A stretch of 64,000 nucleotides of DNA from Candidatus Sysuimicrobiota bacterium (lineage in GTDB: Bacteria > Sysuimicrobiota > Sysuimicrobiia > Sysuimicrobiales > Sysuimicrobiaceae): contig PSLI01000003.1 in NCBI GenBank assembly GCA_040289515.1, positions 21,224 through 85,223 on the forward strand, given 5' to 3'. The notes beneath the pieces were generated by a model. That model saw nothing but the letters and a program-made list of their open reading frames with translations, had not been told where the DNA came from and made no database searches. Of the stretch, positions 63,528 through 64,000 are shown in pieces. Position numbers and translations under genes: made by a program. How positions within the stretch are numbered: the first letter of the stretch is position 1; every line of letters starts with the position of its first letter.

Positions 63528-64000
63528 ATGGCCACGGACGTTTGCCTGCCCCAGCTGGGCGAAAGCACCTACGAGGCCACCATCGGCCGCTGGCTGAAGT
63601 CTCCCGGGGACCGGGTGGAACGGTTCGAGCCCCTGGTGGAGCTCATCACCGACAAGGTCAACGTGGAGATGCCCTCCCCTGTGGCCGGCCGGCTGGTGGA
63701 GATCCTGGCGCAGGAGGGCCAGACGCTGCCCGTGGGGTCGGTGATCGCGCGGGTGGAGGAGCAAGCCGCACAGCCGGCCACTGCAGCCGGGGCTCCCGCG
63801 CCGCCCGTGGGCCGGCTGTCACCCCTGGTGAGCCGCCTGGTTCAGGAGCACAGCATCACCCCGGAGGAGCTGGCCACCATCCGCGGGACGGGCGCGGGCG
63901 GCCGCATCACCAAGCAGGACATCCTGAGCTACCTGGAGCGCCGTCAGCAGGCGCAGCAACCCGGCCCGCCGCCCGCGCCTGCGGCGGCCGAGGCACCCCC
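63528..64000 (+). CDS. Dihydrolipoamide acyltransferase E2, 3'-truncated by window edge
   Basis: Translated by hand: MATDVCLPQLGES...ITDKVNVEMPSP lipoyl domain, then E3-binding LSPLVSRL...GTGAGGRITKQD. Confidence 0.94.
   Translation, partial: MATDVCLPQLGESTYEATIGRWLKSPGDRVERFEPLVELITDKVNVEMPSPVAGRLVEILAQEGQTLPVGSVIARVEEQAAQPATAAGAPAPPVGRLSPLVSRLVQEHSITPEELATIRGTGAGGRITKQDILSYLERRQQAQQPGPPPAPAAAEAP

Overview
High-GC bacterial chromosomal window. Gene content and protein style suggest a thermophilic Armatimonadota/CSP1-3-like lineage, which is an inference from sequence alone. Housekeeping blocks are pnp-M16 peptidase-dapB-asd; secE-nusG-rplKA-L10 leader-rplJL-rpoBC; L7Ae-rpsL-rpsG-fusA-tuf-rpmG; tRNA-Trp; nusB-acyP-ispA-tlyA-nadK-recN; and lpdA-E1a-E1b-E2 2-oxoacid dehydrogenase. 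Accessory blocks are an anti-sigma-like gene, an XRE regulator, a type IV pilin and three GT-C glycosyltransferases (4.5-11.2 kb); a sugar ABC transporter with a GDPD; an A1-type cytochrome c oxidase operon inserted between rpoC and the str operon; and a PilB/PilC/minor-pilin operon. Three decayed relics are present (Phd-VapC toxin-antitoxin, methylmalonate-semialdehyde dehydrogenase, IS3). The most notable unannotated signals are: (1) a self-contained ~80-nt structured RNA gene with its own consensus promoter and U-tract at 5872-5952(-), between the XRE gene and the pilin; (2) a putative multi-enzyme pilin glycosylation cassette; (3) a 57-aa very basic ORF directly after rpmG; (4) a KOW/SH3-like domain inserted in cytochrome oxidase subunit III; (5) a circularly permuted tuf-rpmG/secE gene order with an anomalously G/T-skewed tuf; and (6) a Fur/PerR gene coupled to a DtxR homologue lacking its metal ligands. 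No database searches were run; family names come from recognised motifs.
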